Shown here: one piece after another, positions 43,865-53,614 of the stretch
Layout of the letters: each line of letters opens with the position of its first letter
Numbering within the stretch: the first letter of the stretch is position 1
IMG/VR virus record: IMGVR_UViG_3300032240_001991
Location: 186,001 to 250,000 of that record
DNA: 64,000 bases
Reading direction: 5' to 3' (one strand)
Notes under the pieces: model-generated
Databases searched by the model: none
The model's input: only the letters and a program-made list of their open reading frames with translations
What the model was told of the DNA's origin: nothing
Program-made: the position numbers and the translations under genes

Positions 43865-46138
43865 ATGTTAGAACCAGATAAAGAATTGTCAAGCATGTTT
43901 GAACATGCAATACATACAGCAATTGAATATAATCACGAATACATTACATTGGAACATTTTCTTTACGGAATGATTTCTAACGATTCGTTTAGCGAAATGC
44001 TTACACAGTACGGTGCAGACGTACCAGGATTAAAAAATAATTTAGAAAATTATATCGATACTAATTTAGCGTCAATTGCAACTTTGCAAAAAAACGAAAG
44101 GCCACAAAAAACAAATACTGTAGAAAGAATGCTTAACAGAGCATTTACACAGGTACTATTCAGTGGGCGTCAGCAAATCTCTCCTATAGATTGTTTGATT
44201 AGTTTTTTCTCAGAAAAGAACAGTCATGCAAACTTTTTTATGAGAAAGGCTAAGATTGAAAAAGAAACATTTTTGGAATTTGCTATGAATAATAGTTCTT
44301 CGTCTGAAGAAAAAGAACAGTCTACAGTAAACGAAAAACAGATCGAAAAGTTTTTAATTCAGTACTGTGCTAATCTAACAGAAAAAGCCAAAAACAAAAA
44401 AATTGACCCGGTAATTGGTCGAGAAAAAGAAATTGAGGATTTAATATTGATCCTTGCTCGTCGTAATAAGAGCAATGTTATGCTTATTGGCGACCCGGGT
44501 GTAGGCAAAACAGCTATTGCTGAAGGAGTTGCTCGTAAAATTGTTGAAGGCGACGTTCCTACTTTTATACAGAATCATAGTGTATATTCACTGGATATCA
44601 GTGCAATGTTGGCGGGTAGTAAGTACCGCGGTGATTTTGAAGAGCGTTTGAAAAATGTTCTTACCGCATTAGAAAAGAAAAAGAATTGCATTCTTTTTAT
44701 TGATGAAGCTCACATGATGAGCGGTGCTGGAGCGGTCAATGGCAATAGTAACGATATGAGTAATATGCTCAAACCTGCACTTGCTAAAGGTAGCATTAAA
44801 GTTATAGCTAGCACAACCTGGGAAGATTTCCGCAAGAACTTTGAAAAAGATCGTGCACTTATGCGGCGATTCCAGCGAGTTATGGTCAACGAACCAAATG
44901 AAGAAACTGCTATTAAGATCGTTAAGGGTGTAAAAAAGTATTACGAAAAGCATCACAAGGTAAAGATTACTAATCAAGCAGTGATTGACAGCGTAAAATA
45001 CAGTATTAAGTATATTTCAGATAAAAAATTACCTGATAAGGCATTGGATCTTATTGATTGTGCTAGTGCAAGATTTAAATTGCGTGACGAAGACGGGGGC
45101 GTTGTTGACCACGACGAAATTGTTTTTGAAGTTGCAAAGATTACAGGGTTGCCACTAGATCAAATTGCTGCCAAAGAAAGCAATAATCTTAAGGATCTTG
45201 AAAAAAACATGCGGGCAAAAGTGTATGGTCAAGATAAAGCCATCGAAGCATTGCTTGATAAGATCTTTATTGCACAGGCGGGGCTAAAATCAGTCAATCG
45301 TCCAATTGGTAATTTCTTGTTTGTTGGCCCAACTGGTGTTGGAAAAACTGAAGCGGCGAAACAACTTGCAGCCAACATGGGAGTAAAGTTGATTCGATTT
45401 GATATGAGTGAATATCAAGAACAACATTCAGTAGCTAAATTTATTGGTAGCCCCCCAGGATATGTTGGGTTTGATGATAATGCAGGACAGTTGATTACAC
45501 GTCTACAGGAAAATCCAAACGGAATCTTACTGTTTGATGAAGTTGAAAAGGCACACCCTAGTGTGTTAACTATTCTACTTCAGTTAATGGATAATGGATT
45601 TGTTACTGGTAGTAATGGAAAAACTGCAGACGGTCGTAATGCTATCATTATCATGACTAGTAACTTAGGTGCAGCAGATTCTGAAAAGAATTCAGTTGGA
45701 TTTGGTAGTTTAGAACGAGATAGTGATCCTAAGGATGCTGTTAACAAGTTCTTTGCACCAGAATTTCGTAATCGTTTAGACGGAACTATTAAGTTTGATC
45801 GACTAGATCATAGTACTATGGCATTAATTGTTAAGAAATTTATCGACGATCTTAACGGTTTGGTCAAAGATCGAAATGTACATGTTCGGTTAAGTACCGA
45901 AGCTGTTGAACATTTGATCAAAAAAGGATTTGATCGAAAGATGGGAGCTCGTCCGCTACAGCGTACAATTGATGAACACATAAAAAAGCCGTTAAGTAAG
46001 GAAATACTATTTGGTAATCTTATTAACGGAGGTATTGTTGAAATTACCATTGTAGATGACGCGCTTACCTTTAAATTTGTAGATGTATTGCCAATTAAAG
46101 AAATAAAAGAAAATGAGCATCAAAGTTCTAGCAACTAA
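43865..46138 (+). CDS. clpA: ClpA-type double AAA+ unfoldase
   Basis: HEYITLEH, DPVIGRE.E, GDPGVGKTAIAEG, GSKYRGDFEER, LPDKALDLID, GPTGVGKTE, IGSPPGYVGFD, VGFG ClpP-docking loop, MGARP. Confidence 0.95.
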   Translation: MLEPDKELSSMFEHAIHTAIEYNHEYITLEHFLYGMISNDSFSEMLTQYGADVPGLKNNLENYIDTNLASIATLQKNERPQKTNTVERMLNRAFTQVLFSGRQQISPIDCLISFFSEKNSHANFFMRKAKIEKETFLEFAMNNSSSSEEKEQSTVNEKQIEKFLIQYCANLTEKAKNKKIDPVIGREKEIEDLILILARRNKSNVMLIGDPGVGKTAIAEGVARKIVEGDVPTFIQNHSVYSLDISAMLAGSKYRGDFEERLKNVLTALEKKKNCILFIDEAHMMSGAGAVNGNSNDMSNMLKPALAKGSIKVIASTTWEDFRKNFEKDRALMRRFQRVMVNEPNEETAIKIVKGVKKYYEKHHKVKITNQAVIDSVKYSIKYISDKKLPDKALDLIDCASARFKLRDEDGGVVDHDEIVFEVAKITGLPLDQIAAKESNNLKDLEKNMRAKVYGQDKAIEALLDKIFIAQAGLKSVNRPIGNFLFVGPTGVGKTEAAKQLAANMGVKLIRFDMSEYQEQHSVAKFIGSPPGYVGFDDNAGQLITRLQENPNGILLFDEVEKAHPSVLTILLQLMDNGFVTGSNGKTADGRNAIIIMTSNLGAADSEKNSVGFGSLERDSDPKDAVNKFFAPEFRNRLDGTIKFDRLDHSTMALIVKKFIDDLNGLVKDRNVHVRLSTEAVEHLIKKGFDRKMGARPLQRTIDEHIKKPLSKEILFGNLINGGIVEITIVDDALTFKFVDVLPIKEIKENEHQSSSN

Positions 46139-46757
46139 TAAACTTTACTATAGAAAATGGATTTATAAAGTTGAATGCGTAGTTGAAGCTCGCGTTTATT
46201 CTTTAAAATATCATTGGTATAAATCATTTGCCGAGCTTGGCCCTGCCCTTAAAGCATTTGCAAAAGATATAGAATTTCTTGAAGGACAAGATATACAAAC
46301 ACGGGTAGAAAATCGTACATATACTATTTTTTGTAGAGATGAGAATCTTTTAAAAGAGATTGTAACTAGATTAGAAAAATGGATCTATGCTATATACCGT
46401 CCAGAAAGCGAAGCTGAAAAACAGTTTCTTTTAGAAAAAGGACATACAAAAATACTACGCGATGAGTACTTTAAAGGTACTTATCGCTATCGTGTGTACA
46501 TTAATAATCGGTTAGACTTTGATAACAGGCATCGTTTTTGGGAATGGTTACAAAAATACGACGAATCTTTAATATATCTAAACGGAAGTACAAAAACATG
46601 GCTTTCAGGAACTTTGCCGTATCTTTATAGTCCCTTTATCTATATTGCTGATCCGTCAATGCTTTCAATGGTTTATCTATATTTAGGAAATAATATCAAA
46701 TCAACAGACGAATTTATACTAAAGGATAATATAAATAACATATCATGTCAGCCCTAA
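46113..46757 (+). CDS. Hypothetical protein
   Basis: Long ORF overlapping the clpA end. Confidence 0.6.
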   Translation: MSIKVLATNKLYYRKWIYKVECVVEARVYSLKYHWYKSFAELGPALKAFAKDIEFLEGQDIQTRVENRTYTIFCRDENLLKEIVTRLEKWIYAIYRPESEAEKQFLLEKGHTKILRDEYFKGTYRYRVYINNRLDFDNRHRFWEWLQKYDESLIYLNGSTKTWLSGTLPYLYSPFIYIADPSMLSMVYLYLGNNIKSTDEFILKDNINNISCQP

Positions 46758-47164
46758 GCAGTCAATTTTTATTCGCACTTGGTACAGGAACACTAACAGC
46801 TACTTCTGTAGCTATTCCTTCAGCAGCAGTAGCTCCAGATGGCTCTGCTGATTTTAAATCAGTTCCGCAGCAAGGAGACGGATACTACGGCACCGCCGAC
46901 GGATTACATACTGTAACATATACAGTTACACCTAATTTTGCCGGCAACCTTTGCATGGAAGCAACACTTGCTAGCAACCCTGTTGAAAGTGACTGGTTTA
47001 CTGCAACTAATTCTACCGTAACATACACATTTCCAGTTGTTCCAGCATCTACAACCACAAACTATGTTAACTTTACAGGTAACTTTGTATGGGTTCGAGC
47101 TCGTGTAAGAAGAACGCCCGATCAACCAAACGGGTCTGTACTGTTTATCAACTACAATCACTAA
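46745..47164 (+). CDS. Putative structural protein
   Basis: GDGYYGTADGLHTV and FTGNFVWVRA motifs; TATAAATA at 46730-46737. Confidence 0.6.
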   Translation: MSALSSQFLFALGTGTLTATSVAIPSAAVAPDGSADFKSVPQQGDGYYGTADGLHTVTYTVTPNFAGNLCMEATLASNPVESDWFTATNSTVTYTFPVVPASTTTNYVNFTGNFVWVRARVRRTPDQPNGSVLFINYNH

Positions 47165-47205
47165 TAAAAATTACATAAATACTACACAATTAGTGGAGTA
47201 TTTTT

Positions 47206-48018
47206 ATGCGAATTACTGAGATCATAACTGAGGCTAAAGCAACTAAAACACGCTTAGACCCTAAATGTTGGAAGGGTAAAAAGATTGGTAACCCTAAGAC
47301 TAAAGTTAAGGGCGGAGTTCGCGTAAACAATTGTGTACCTAAAGAAAGCGTAGCAGAAGGTGACGTATTCTTCATTGAAGCAGGCGATACACTAATTGAA
47401 ACTACAGTAGTATATGAATCAAATGGTAGAATTATCATTGATCTAGACGATACTGCATTAAAAATTATCGAATCTGCTGCCCAAATTAACGAAGTAAGTG
47501 CAGGAAAAGCAGCGGCCGCAGCAGGTAAGAGAGCATTACAAGCTGTGGGTAACGTAGCTAAAGTACCAATTGGAGCTGCACTATCTGGCACAGCAGCAGT
47601 AGCTGCTGGCCTGCAACCAAGTCGAGAAAAAGGCGCAGAATGGTTAAAGCGTTCAGATTATGCAAGAGATAAAACCCTTGGTCTAGTAAAGAAAGCTGGT
47701 AAACGTGCTGGACAGGCTGCTACTAATCTAGGCCGTGCAGTAACAAAGGGGCTAGGCGAAGATGCTTCTAGCTTAGAAGAAGCCAAATATCACGGCAAAG
47801 AAGTTCCACTAGGCAAAAGACTTCCGGGCGATGTTAAGAAATCAAAAGTCTATGTACGCAAGCCAAACGGAAAAATTGTCAAAGTAAATTTTGGCGATAA
47901 AAATATGCGTATTAAAAAATCTAATCCTAAGCGTCGTAAATCATTTAGAGCTAGACATAACTGCAAAAATCCAGGTCCTCGTTGGAAAGCACGTTACTGG
48001 TCTTGCAGAGCGTGGTAA
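47206..48018 (+). CDS. Basic mosaic protein, probable internal head protein
   Basis: MRITEIITEA N-terminus; CWKG..NCVP and VNFGD..MRIKK.NP.RRKSFRARHNC modules. Confidence 0.6.
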   Translation: MRITEIITEAKATKTRLDPKCWKGKKIGNPKTKVKGGVRVNNCVPKESVAEGDVFFIEAGDTLIETTVVYESNGRIIIDLDDTALKIIESAAQINEVSAGKAAAAAGKRALQAVGNVAKVPIGAALSGTAAVAAGLQPSREKGAEWLKRSDYARDKTLGLVKKAGKRAGQAATNLGRAVTKGLGEDASSLEEAKYHGKEVPLGKRLPGDVKKSKVYVRKPNGKIVKVNFGDKNMRIKKSNPKRRKSFRARHNCKNPGPRWKARYWSCRAW

Positions 48019-48021
48019 ACT

Positions 48022-48420
48022 ATGAAATTATTTGAATTTTTTGGAAAGACTGTTCTAGATCTCAATGGCGAGAAAAAAGAAGATCAGCTATCAGAGAAAC
48101 ATAAACCGTCAGATCAAGAGCTAGCGGATGAAGTTTATTGGTTTATATTAGACCACGATCGATTGCACAAAGAATGTTTTATGCCTATAGCAAGAGAAAT
48201 TTATGTTGGGCATAAAAAGAAAGGATTTGATAAAGGAAAATACACAAAGAAATGGATGCCAATGGTAAACAAAGGTTGTTTAGAATTCTATAAAAATAAA
48301 AAGATGTCAGGCGATCCTGCAGATATTTTTACTAAGGAAATGAGACGAGACCTTTGCCACAGACTTTCAGAACAAAATTACGAAGATATTGTCAAAGGCG
48401 AGTACCGGTTAGGGGATTAA
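48022..48420 (+). CDS. Hypothetical protein (MKLFEF N-terminus)
   Basis: Coupled ORF in the late-type block. Confidence 0.6.
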   Translation: MKLFEFFGKTVLDLNGEKKEDQLSEKHKPSDQELADEVYWFILDHDRLHKECFMPIAREIYVGHKKKGFDKGKYTKKWMPMVNKGCLEFYKNKKMSGDPADIFTKEMRRDLCHRLSEQNYEDIVKGEYRLGD

Positions 48421-48422
48421 CA

Positions 48423-48743
48423 ATGTCCAATATATTATCTTTTGCAAACGGACATCCAAACGAAATTAAGCTTCTAAAAATTAGAATACGTCAGATCTTA
48501 TACGATCGCAAAATATCTGGAACAAAAAGCAACGAGACCGAATTACGGTTATTAAAGAAAAGATTAAAAGAACTAGAGCCAACGGCTGAAACTGGCCAAT
48601 CACAAATGGCAGGACCATCTGGTCCTGCATATGACACTACTGGTAACCAAAGATTAGAAAGTAAGTACGTTAAAGTAGGTGAAGCTTGGGAATCTGAAAT
48701 TGCCAAGCTGGTAAAACTTTTGGAAAACAATAATAATAAATAA
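48423..48743 (+). CDS. Hypothetical protein
   Basis: ATG 48423 after GGGGA; ORF track starts 48354. Confidence 0.55.
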   Translation: MSNILSFANGHPNEIKLLKIRIRQILYDRKISGTKSNETELRLLKKRLKELEPTAETGQSQMAGPSGPAYDTTGNQRLESKYVKVGEAWESEIAKLVKLLENNNNK

Positions 48744-48749
48744 CATATC

Positions 48750-49199
48750 ATGGAAAAACTAGTTAACGCAGCAAAAATAGGACTCGCTAGCTCTTTTAGT
48801 TTCTATCTAAAGGCGCAGCACTTTCACTGGAACGTTGAGGGTCCAGACTTTTTAGAATATCACGATTTGTTTGGTAAAATTTACGACGAAGTTTATGGTA
48901 GCATTGATTCATATGCCGAAAAAATTCGAGCATTGGGTGGGTACGCTCCGTCTAGCTTAAGTGAATTTGCCAAAATAACACAAATTGAAGATCAGTTAGA
49001 AGTATTACCTAAAGAACAAATGGTACTAGTTCTGCTAGAAGATAATAGAAAAATGCTAAAGATATTTAAAATAGTTTATGATTTTGCTGAAGCTGAAGGT
49101 GAACATGGGTTTAGCAACTTTTTAGCAGAACGAATGGATGCACATCGCAAGCACGGATGGATGTTATCTGCTAGCATGAAAGGCCAAGGGCAGCTATGA
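48750..49199 (+). CDS. dps: Dps ferritin-like DNA-protection protein
   Basis: FYLKAQHFHWNVEGPDF..YH.LF, D..AEKIRALG, H.KH.WML.A. Confidence 0.93.
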   Translation: MEKLVNAAKIGLASSFSFYLKAQHFHWNVEGPDFLEYHDLFGKIYDEVYGSIDSYAEKIRALGGYAPSSLSEFAKITQIEDQLEVLPKEQMVLVLLEDNRKMLKIFKIVYDFAEAEGEHGFSNFLAERMDAHRKHGWMLSASMKGQGQL

Positions 49200-49825
49200 G
49201 AGCTAGAGAATTCATGCGAGAAGCCAGGGACGCTGCTGCTGATTTAAGCCGCGCTGCTCCAGACGTTGATGCTGCTATTAGAGGAGCTCTAAGTATTCCT
49301 GATATCAGTCAAAATAAAGCTAACGGCAGTTCATACCTACAATATCGATTTGGTATAGCAATGGCGGGTGCTCCAGATTATCCTACCAAAGCCGCAGGTG
49401 CTATGGCAGGAGATCCTTTGTTAACATGTTATACAGATGCTGAATTACAGATTATTAATGCCGCTGCTCAAATGGTAGGCGCAGGTACTGTAAAGAAATT
49501 AAGCAGTAATCGTAGCGAAGAATTAAGTAATACCAATACAACTAGCCCAGTTAATGACTGGAATAAGCATACTGTTAAGAAAAAGAAGAAAAAAGTAAAG
49601 GAAGCTGCGACGGCCGGCGCAACCAGCTCGGCCAATATTGGCGTTGTTCCTAATCCTCATTTAAGTCCCGGTAAAGCTAGAGGTAAAAAGTCCTACACTG
49701 GTACACCAGGACATAGCGGATGGAAATCTCCGCCGCAGCCAAAGCCTAAAAAACAAAAACCAACCGATAATGCTTTAAATAAAAAAGGCGTAAGTTTATT
49801 TGGTGGTCCAGCAATTAAGAGATAA
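49196..49825 (+). CDS. Hypothetical protein, probable internal head protein
   Basis: MRAREFMREA N-terminus; KEAATAGATSS.NI module; basic tail. Confidence 0.55.
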   Translation: MRAREFMREARDAAADLSRAAPDVDAAIRGALSIPDISQNKANGSSYLQYRFGIAMAGAPDYPTKAAGAMAGDPLLTCYTDAELQIINAAAQMVGAGTVKKLSSNRSEELSNTNTTSPVNDWNKHTVKKKKKKVKEAATAGATSSANIGVVPNPHLSPGKARGKKSYTGTPGHSGWKSPPQPKPKKQKPTDNALNKKGVSLFGGPAIKR

Positions 49826-49827
49826 TC

Positions 49828-50457
49828 ATGAAAAAGAAAGTAAACGAAATCAGTCTTAGCGCCGACAGAGCTAAAAAGATAGCCAATATGCGCAGGTTAC
49901 AAGCTGGAGTGTCAACGTTAAAAGGCGTTGCCTCACCACACGGTGACGATGTTCGTCGTCATGCAGATGATGCTACACGCTATGAAAAGAAGGCAGCGTT
50001 AGCTTCTCGTTACGCCAATAGAAAAAGAGAAAAAGAAAAAGGACAGAATGTAGTCCCGTTTAGAGAAGAATTTGATGGTGGGGAAGAATATAACGACGAA
50101 GTAGGAATGGTTAAAAATAACCTACATACATTGATGCGTGCTACTAAAGGCCTACATAATATGTTAGAGCCTAACGAAAATATGCCGGAATGGGTACAAG
50201 AAAAAATTGCTGCTGCAAAAGGCATGCTAGTTGCTGCTTGGGATTACATGTTGAGTCAGCATGAAGAAGGTAATGTCTATACCAACGAAGCAGCAAAAAC
50301 ACCAGCAAAAACCCATCCGTGGAGAGGTTCTAAAGCTATTGCAGATAAAAATCGAGCAAAAACTGAAAAAAAGAAATCGCCTCCAGTTAGCGAATCAACA
50401 CGTAGAATAGAAAAAAGCTTAATGGAAGATCTCCAAAACTTTAAGAAAAATACTTGA
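49828..50457 (+). CDS. Hypothetical protein, probable internal head protein
   Basis: Repeated VNE/TNE/VSE putative protease sites; MPEWVQEKI module. Confidence 0.55.
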   Translation: MKKKVNEISLSADRAKKIANMRRLQAGVSTLKGVASPHGDDVRRHADDATRYEKKAALASRYANRKREKEKGQNVVPFREEFDGGEEYNDEVGMVKNNLHTLMRATKGLHNMLEPNENMPEWVQEKIAAAKGMLVAAWDYMLSQHEEGNVYTNEAAKTPAKTHPWRGSKAIADKNRAKTEKKKSPPVSESTRRIEKSLMEDLQNFKKNT

Positions 50458-50502
50458 TTATTATTTTATTCTGTGTATAATTGATAGACACAGGAGAATA
50501 AT

Positions 50503-50772
50503 ATGAGTAAAGTATTTGGTGATCCAGAAAAGGCAAAGATTCGTCAAATCGTTTCCGAAGGTGTAACTGTAATGCAAGAAATTACAGATTTGACCGAAGG
50601 TCTTAACGATACAATCAAAGCTGTAGCCGAAGAATTGGAAGTTAAGCCTGGTGTTATTAAGAAAGCAATTCGTATTGCTCTTAAGGACCAGTGGGATCAG
50701 GTATTCCGTGAGTTTGATGATCTAGAAACAATCGTTGATATCAGCGGCCATGCTAATCGCAGGGAAGACTAA
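50503..50772 (+). CDS. Small helical DNA-binding protein (T4 DsbA/GapR-like)
   Basis: Size, helical pattern IKAVAEELEVKPGVIKKAIRIA and position before the polymerase. Confidence 0.5.
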   Translation: MSKVFGDPEKAKIRQIVSEGVTVMQEITDLTEGLNDTIKAVAEELEVKPGVIKKAIRIALKDQWDQVFREFDDLETIVDISGHANRRED

Positions 50773-50790
50773 GGACCTCCTTAGTCTTTC
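50766..50790 (+). terminator. Terminator hairpin
   Basis: AGACTAAGG-ACCT-CCTTAGTCT followed by TTC. Confidence 0.65.
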
Positions 50791-50806
50791 TATAAATAAT
50801 AAAAAT

Positions 50807-50861
50807 AAGGTTAGACCAGCCATAAATGGTCATGTAAAGGTTAGTGAGCCACAAATCACTA
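50807..50861 (+). promoter_or_regulatory. Tandem hairpin operator in the DNA polymerase leader
   Basis: AAGGTTA-GACCA-GCCATAAA-TGGTC and AAGGT-TAGTGA-GCCACAAA-TCACTA; the second abuts the AGGAG RBS. Confidence 0.65.
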
Positions 50862-50871
50862 GGAGACGAGT

Positions 50872-53559
50872 ATGAGTTACGTTGATGCCATCTGGGATCG
50901 CGACGACGATGTTATTAGAGTCGTTGAAAGAGATCCAAAAAAAGGTCGTATATTCCACGACTATCCCGCAAAATATATTTTTTATTACCCTGACCAAAAG
51001 GGCAAGTATAGAAGTATTTTCAGTGAAACCCTTACAAAGGTAACTTCTAAAAGTTTTAAAGAACATCAAAAAGAACAAAGAATACACAGCGGTCATCGAC
51101 TCTACGAAAGCGATATCAATCCTATATTTCGTTGTCTAGAAGAAAACTATCTTGGCCAAGATTCGCCCAAATTAAACGTAGCATTTTTTGACATCGAAGT
51201 GGACTTTGATCCAGAAAGAGGATATGCAAGTCCAGATGATGCGTTTATGCCTATTACTGCTATTGCGGTACATTTACAGTGGCTTGATACTCTAGTATGT
51301 TTGGCTATTCCTCCAAAATCTCTTTCTATGAGTCAGGCACAGGAATTAGTTAAAGATATACCTAATACAGTACTGTTTGAAACAGAGCACGAACTGTTAG
51401 ATACGTTTCTTAATCTAATTGAAGATGCAGATGTTCTAAGCGGCTGGAACAGTGAAGGTTTTGACGTTCCTTATACTGTTAATCGAGTTACTAAAGTCCT
51501 TAGCAAAGAAGACACTAAGAGATTTTGTCTTTGGAATCAATTACCAAAAAAGAGAGAATACGAAAAATATGGTAAGCAGGCAGTAACATACGACTTTGTT
51601 GGTCGTGTACATTTGGACAGTCTTGAACTATATCGAAAATATACCTATGAAGAGCGACACAGCTACCGACTTGACGCGATAGGCGAAATGGAGATTGGTG
51701 AAACTAAGACTGTTTATGAAGGTACCCTAGATCAGTTATACAACAGCGATTTTCGTAAATTTGTTGAGTACAACAGACAAGACTGTGCCCTATTGGACAA
51801 GTTAGATAAAAAGTTAAAATTTCTTGACCTAGCTAGTACTATTGCTCACGAAAATACAGTTCTACTTAAAACTGTTATGGGAGCTGTAGCAGTTACTGAG
51901 CAGGCTATTGTAAATGAAGCACATCGTTTAGGTATGATAGTTCCTAGTCGTAAACGCAGAAGCGACAGTGACGATCCTGAAGATGAAAACGACGATAAGG
52001 CAGCAGGTGCATATGTAGCATATCCTAAAAAAGGATTGCATGATTGGATTGGTTCGATGGACATTAATAGTCTGTATCCGTCTGTTATTCGTGCACTAAA
52101 CATGGGACCCGAAACTATCATTGGACAATTACGCCCAGACTATACCAAAGCAGAAATTGACAGTAAGATAGCTAAAAAGATGAGCTTTGCAGGTGCATGG
52201 GAAGGTAAGTTTGGCAGTAACGAATATGAAATGGTTATTAACAAAGATCGTGTTCGTGAAATTACTGTTGATTGGGAAGATGGACGCAATGATGTATTGA
52301 GCGGAGCGCAACTGTATGAATTGATTTACGAAAGTAATCATCCATGGATGCTCAGTGCTAACGGTACTATTTTTACCTACGAAAAAGAAGGAATTATTCC
52401 TGGACTTCTAGCTCGATGGTACAAGGAACGCAAAGAGCTACAAAAGAAACTTAAAGAAGCAATTGACGCAGGTAATAAAACTGATGAAGAATATTGGGAT
52501 AAGCGGCAGCTAGTTAAGAAAATTAATCTAAACAGCTTGTACGGTGCTATTCTTAACGCTGGTTGTAGATTCTTTGACAATCGAATTGGACAATCAACTA
52601 CGCTAACTGGGCGTCGTATTGCTAAACATATGGCTAGTAAAATTAACGAAATTATTACTGGGGAATACAACCATTTAGGTAAAGCAATTATTTACGGCGA
52701 TACTGACAGTGCATACTTCAGTGCTTACACTACGTTAAAGAACGAAATTGAAAAAGGTCTTATCCCTTGGGACAAAGAAACAGTAATTCAACTTTATAAT
52801 ACTGTAGCAGAAGAAGTTAATAGTACATTTCCTCAAATGATGTTAGATGAATTTCATTGTCCAAAGAAGAGAGGGGATGTTATTCGCGCAGGACGAGAGA
52901 TTGTAGCCAGTAAAGGCTTGTTTATTACTAAAAAGCGTTATGCGGTGTTGTATTACGACAAAGAAAACAAGCGACAAGATATTAACGGCAAGCCCGGTAA
53001 GATCAAGGCAATGGGTCTAGATCTAAAACGCAGCGATACTCCAGAATTTATGCAGGACTTCTTAAGTGAAATTCTAAATAGCGTACTAACTGGTTCTCAA
53101 GAAAAAGAAATTCTTGATCGTATTACAGAATTTCGTACTGAGTTTAAGTCTCGAGCAGGATGGGAAAAGGGTACACCTAAGCGTGTTAACAATCTTACAG
53201 AATATCAAGCTAAGGAAGAAAAGCAAGGTAAAGCTAATATGCCCGGACATGTTCGTGCGTCAATTAATTGGAATACATTACGTCGTATGAATGGCGACAA
53301 ATATTCTATGCAAATTGTAGACGGAATGAAAGTAATTGTTTGCAAAGTAAAAGATAATCCGTTAGGGTTTACTAGTGTTGCCTACCCAACAGACGAGTTA
53401 CGACTTCCCAAATGGTTTCAAGATTTGCCATTTGATCACGACGAAATGGAAGCTGTTATTATTAACAATAAGGTAGAAAATCTTATCGGTGTTCTTGAAT
53501 ATGATCTAGAATCAACAGTTCGAGATACAACATTTAACAAACTATTCAGCTTTGAATAA
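50872..53559 (+). CDS. polB: Family B DNA polymerase (T4 gp43-like)
   Basis: Exo FFDIEVD, GWNSEGFDVPY, YN.QDC; Pol SMDINSLYPS, KINLNSLYG, YGDTDS, KKRY. Confidence 0.97.
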   Translation: MSYVDAIWDRDDDVIRVVERDPKKGRIFHDYPAKYIFYYPDQKGKYRSIFSETLTKVTSKSFKEHQKEQRIHSGHRLYESDINPIFRCLEENYLGQDSPKLNVAFFDIEVDFDPERGYASPDDAFMPITAIAVHLQWLDTLVCLAIPPKSLSMSQAQELVKDIPNTVLFETEHELLDTFLNLIEDADVLSGWNSEGFDVPYTVNRVTKVLSKEDTKRFCLWNQLPKKREYEKYGKQAVTYDFVGRVHLDSLELYRKYTYEERHSYRLDAIGEMEIGETKTVYEGTLDQLYNSDFRKFVEYNRQDCALLDKLDKKLKFLDLASTIAHENTVLLKTVMGAVAVTEQAIVNEAHRLGMIVPSRKRRSDSDDPEDENDDKAAGAYVAYPKKGLHDWIGSMDINSLYPSVIRALNMGPETIIGQLRPDYTKAEIDSKIAKKMSFAGAWEGKFGSNEYEMVINKDRVREITVDWEDGRNDVLSGAQLYELIYESNHPWMLSANGTIFTYEKEGIIPGLLARWYKERKELQKKLKEAIDAGNKTDEEYWDKRQLVKKINLNSLYGAILNAGCRFFDNRIGQSTTLTGRRIAKHMASKINEIITGEYNHLGKAIIYGDTDSAYFSAYTTLKNEIEKGLIPWDKETVIQLYNTVAEEVNSTFPQMMLDEFHCPKKRGDVIRAGREIVASKGLFITKKRYAVLYYDKENKRQDINGKPGKIKAMGLDLKRSDTPEFMQDFLSEILNSVLTGSQEKEILDRITEFRTEFKSRAGWEKGTPKRVNNLTEYQAKEEKQGKANMPGHVRASINWNTLRRMNGDKYSMQIVDGMKVIVCKVKDNPLGFTSVAYPTDELRLPKWFQDLPFDHDEMEAVIINNKVENLIGVLEYDLESTVRDTTFNKLFSFE

Positions 53560-53567
53560 AAATTTAT

Positions 53568-53596
53568 TTGACTATTTGTATTTTTCTAAATATAAT
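53568..53596 (+). promoter_or_regulatory. Sigma70-type promoter
   Basis: TTGACT-N17-TATAAT. Confidence 0.7.
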
Positions 53597-53614
53597 CACT
53601 AAAAGGAAACTAAA

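Noticed and set aside
50872-53559. Intein or intron in the DNA polymerase
   Set aside because: 895 aa with all motifs in normal order; no intein ends or homing-endonuclease motif seen.
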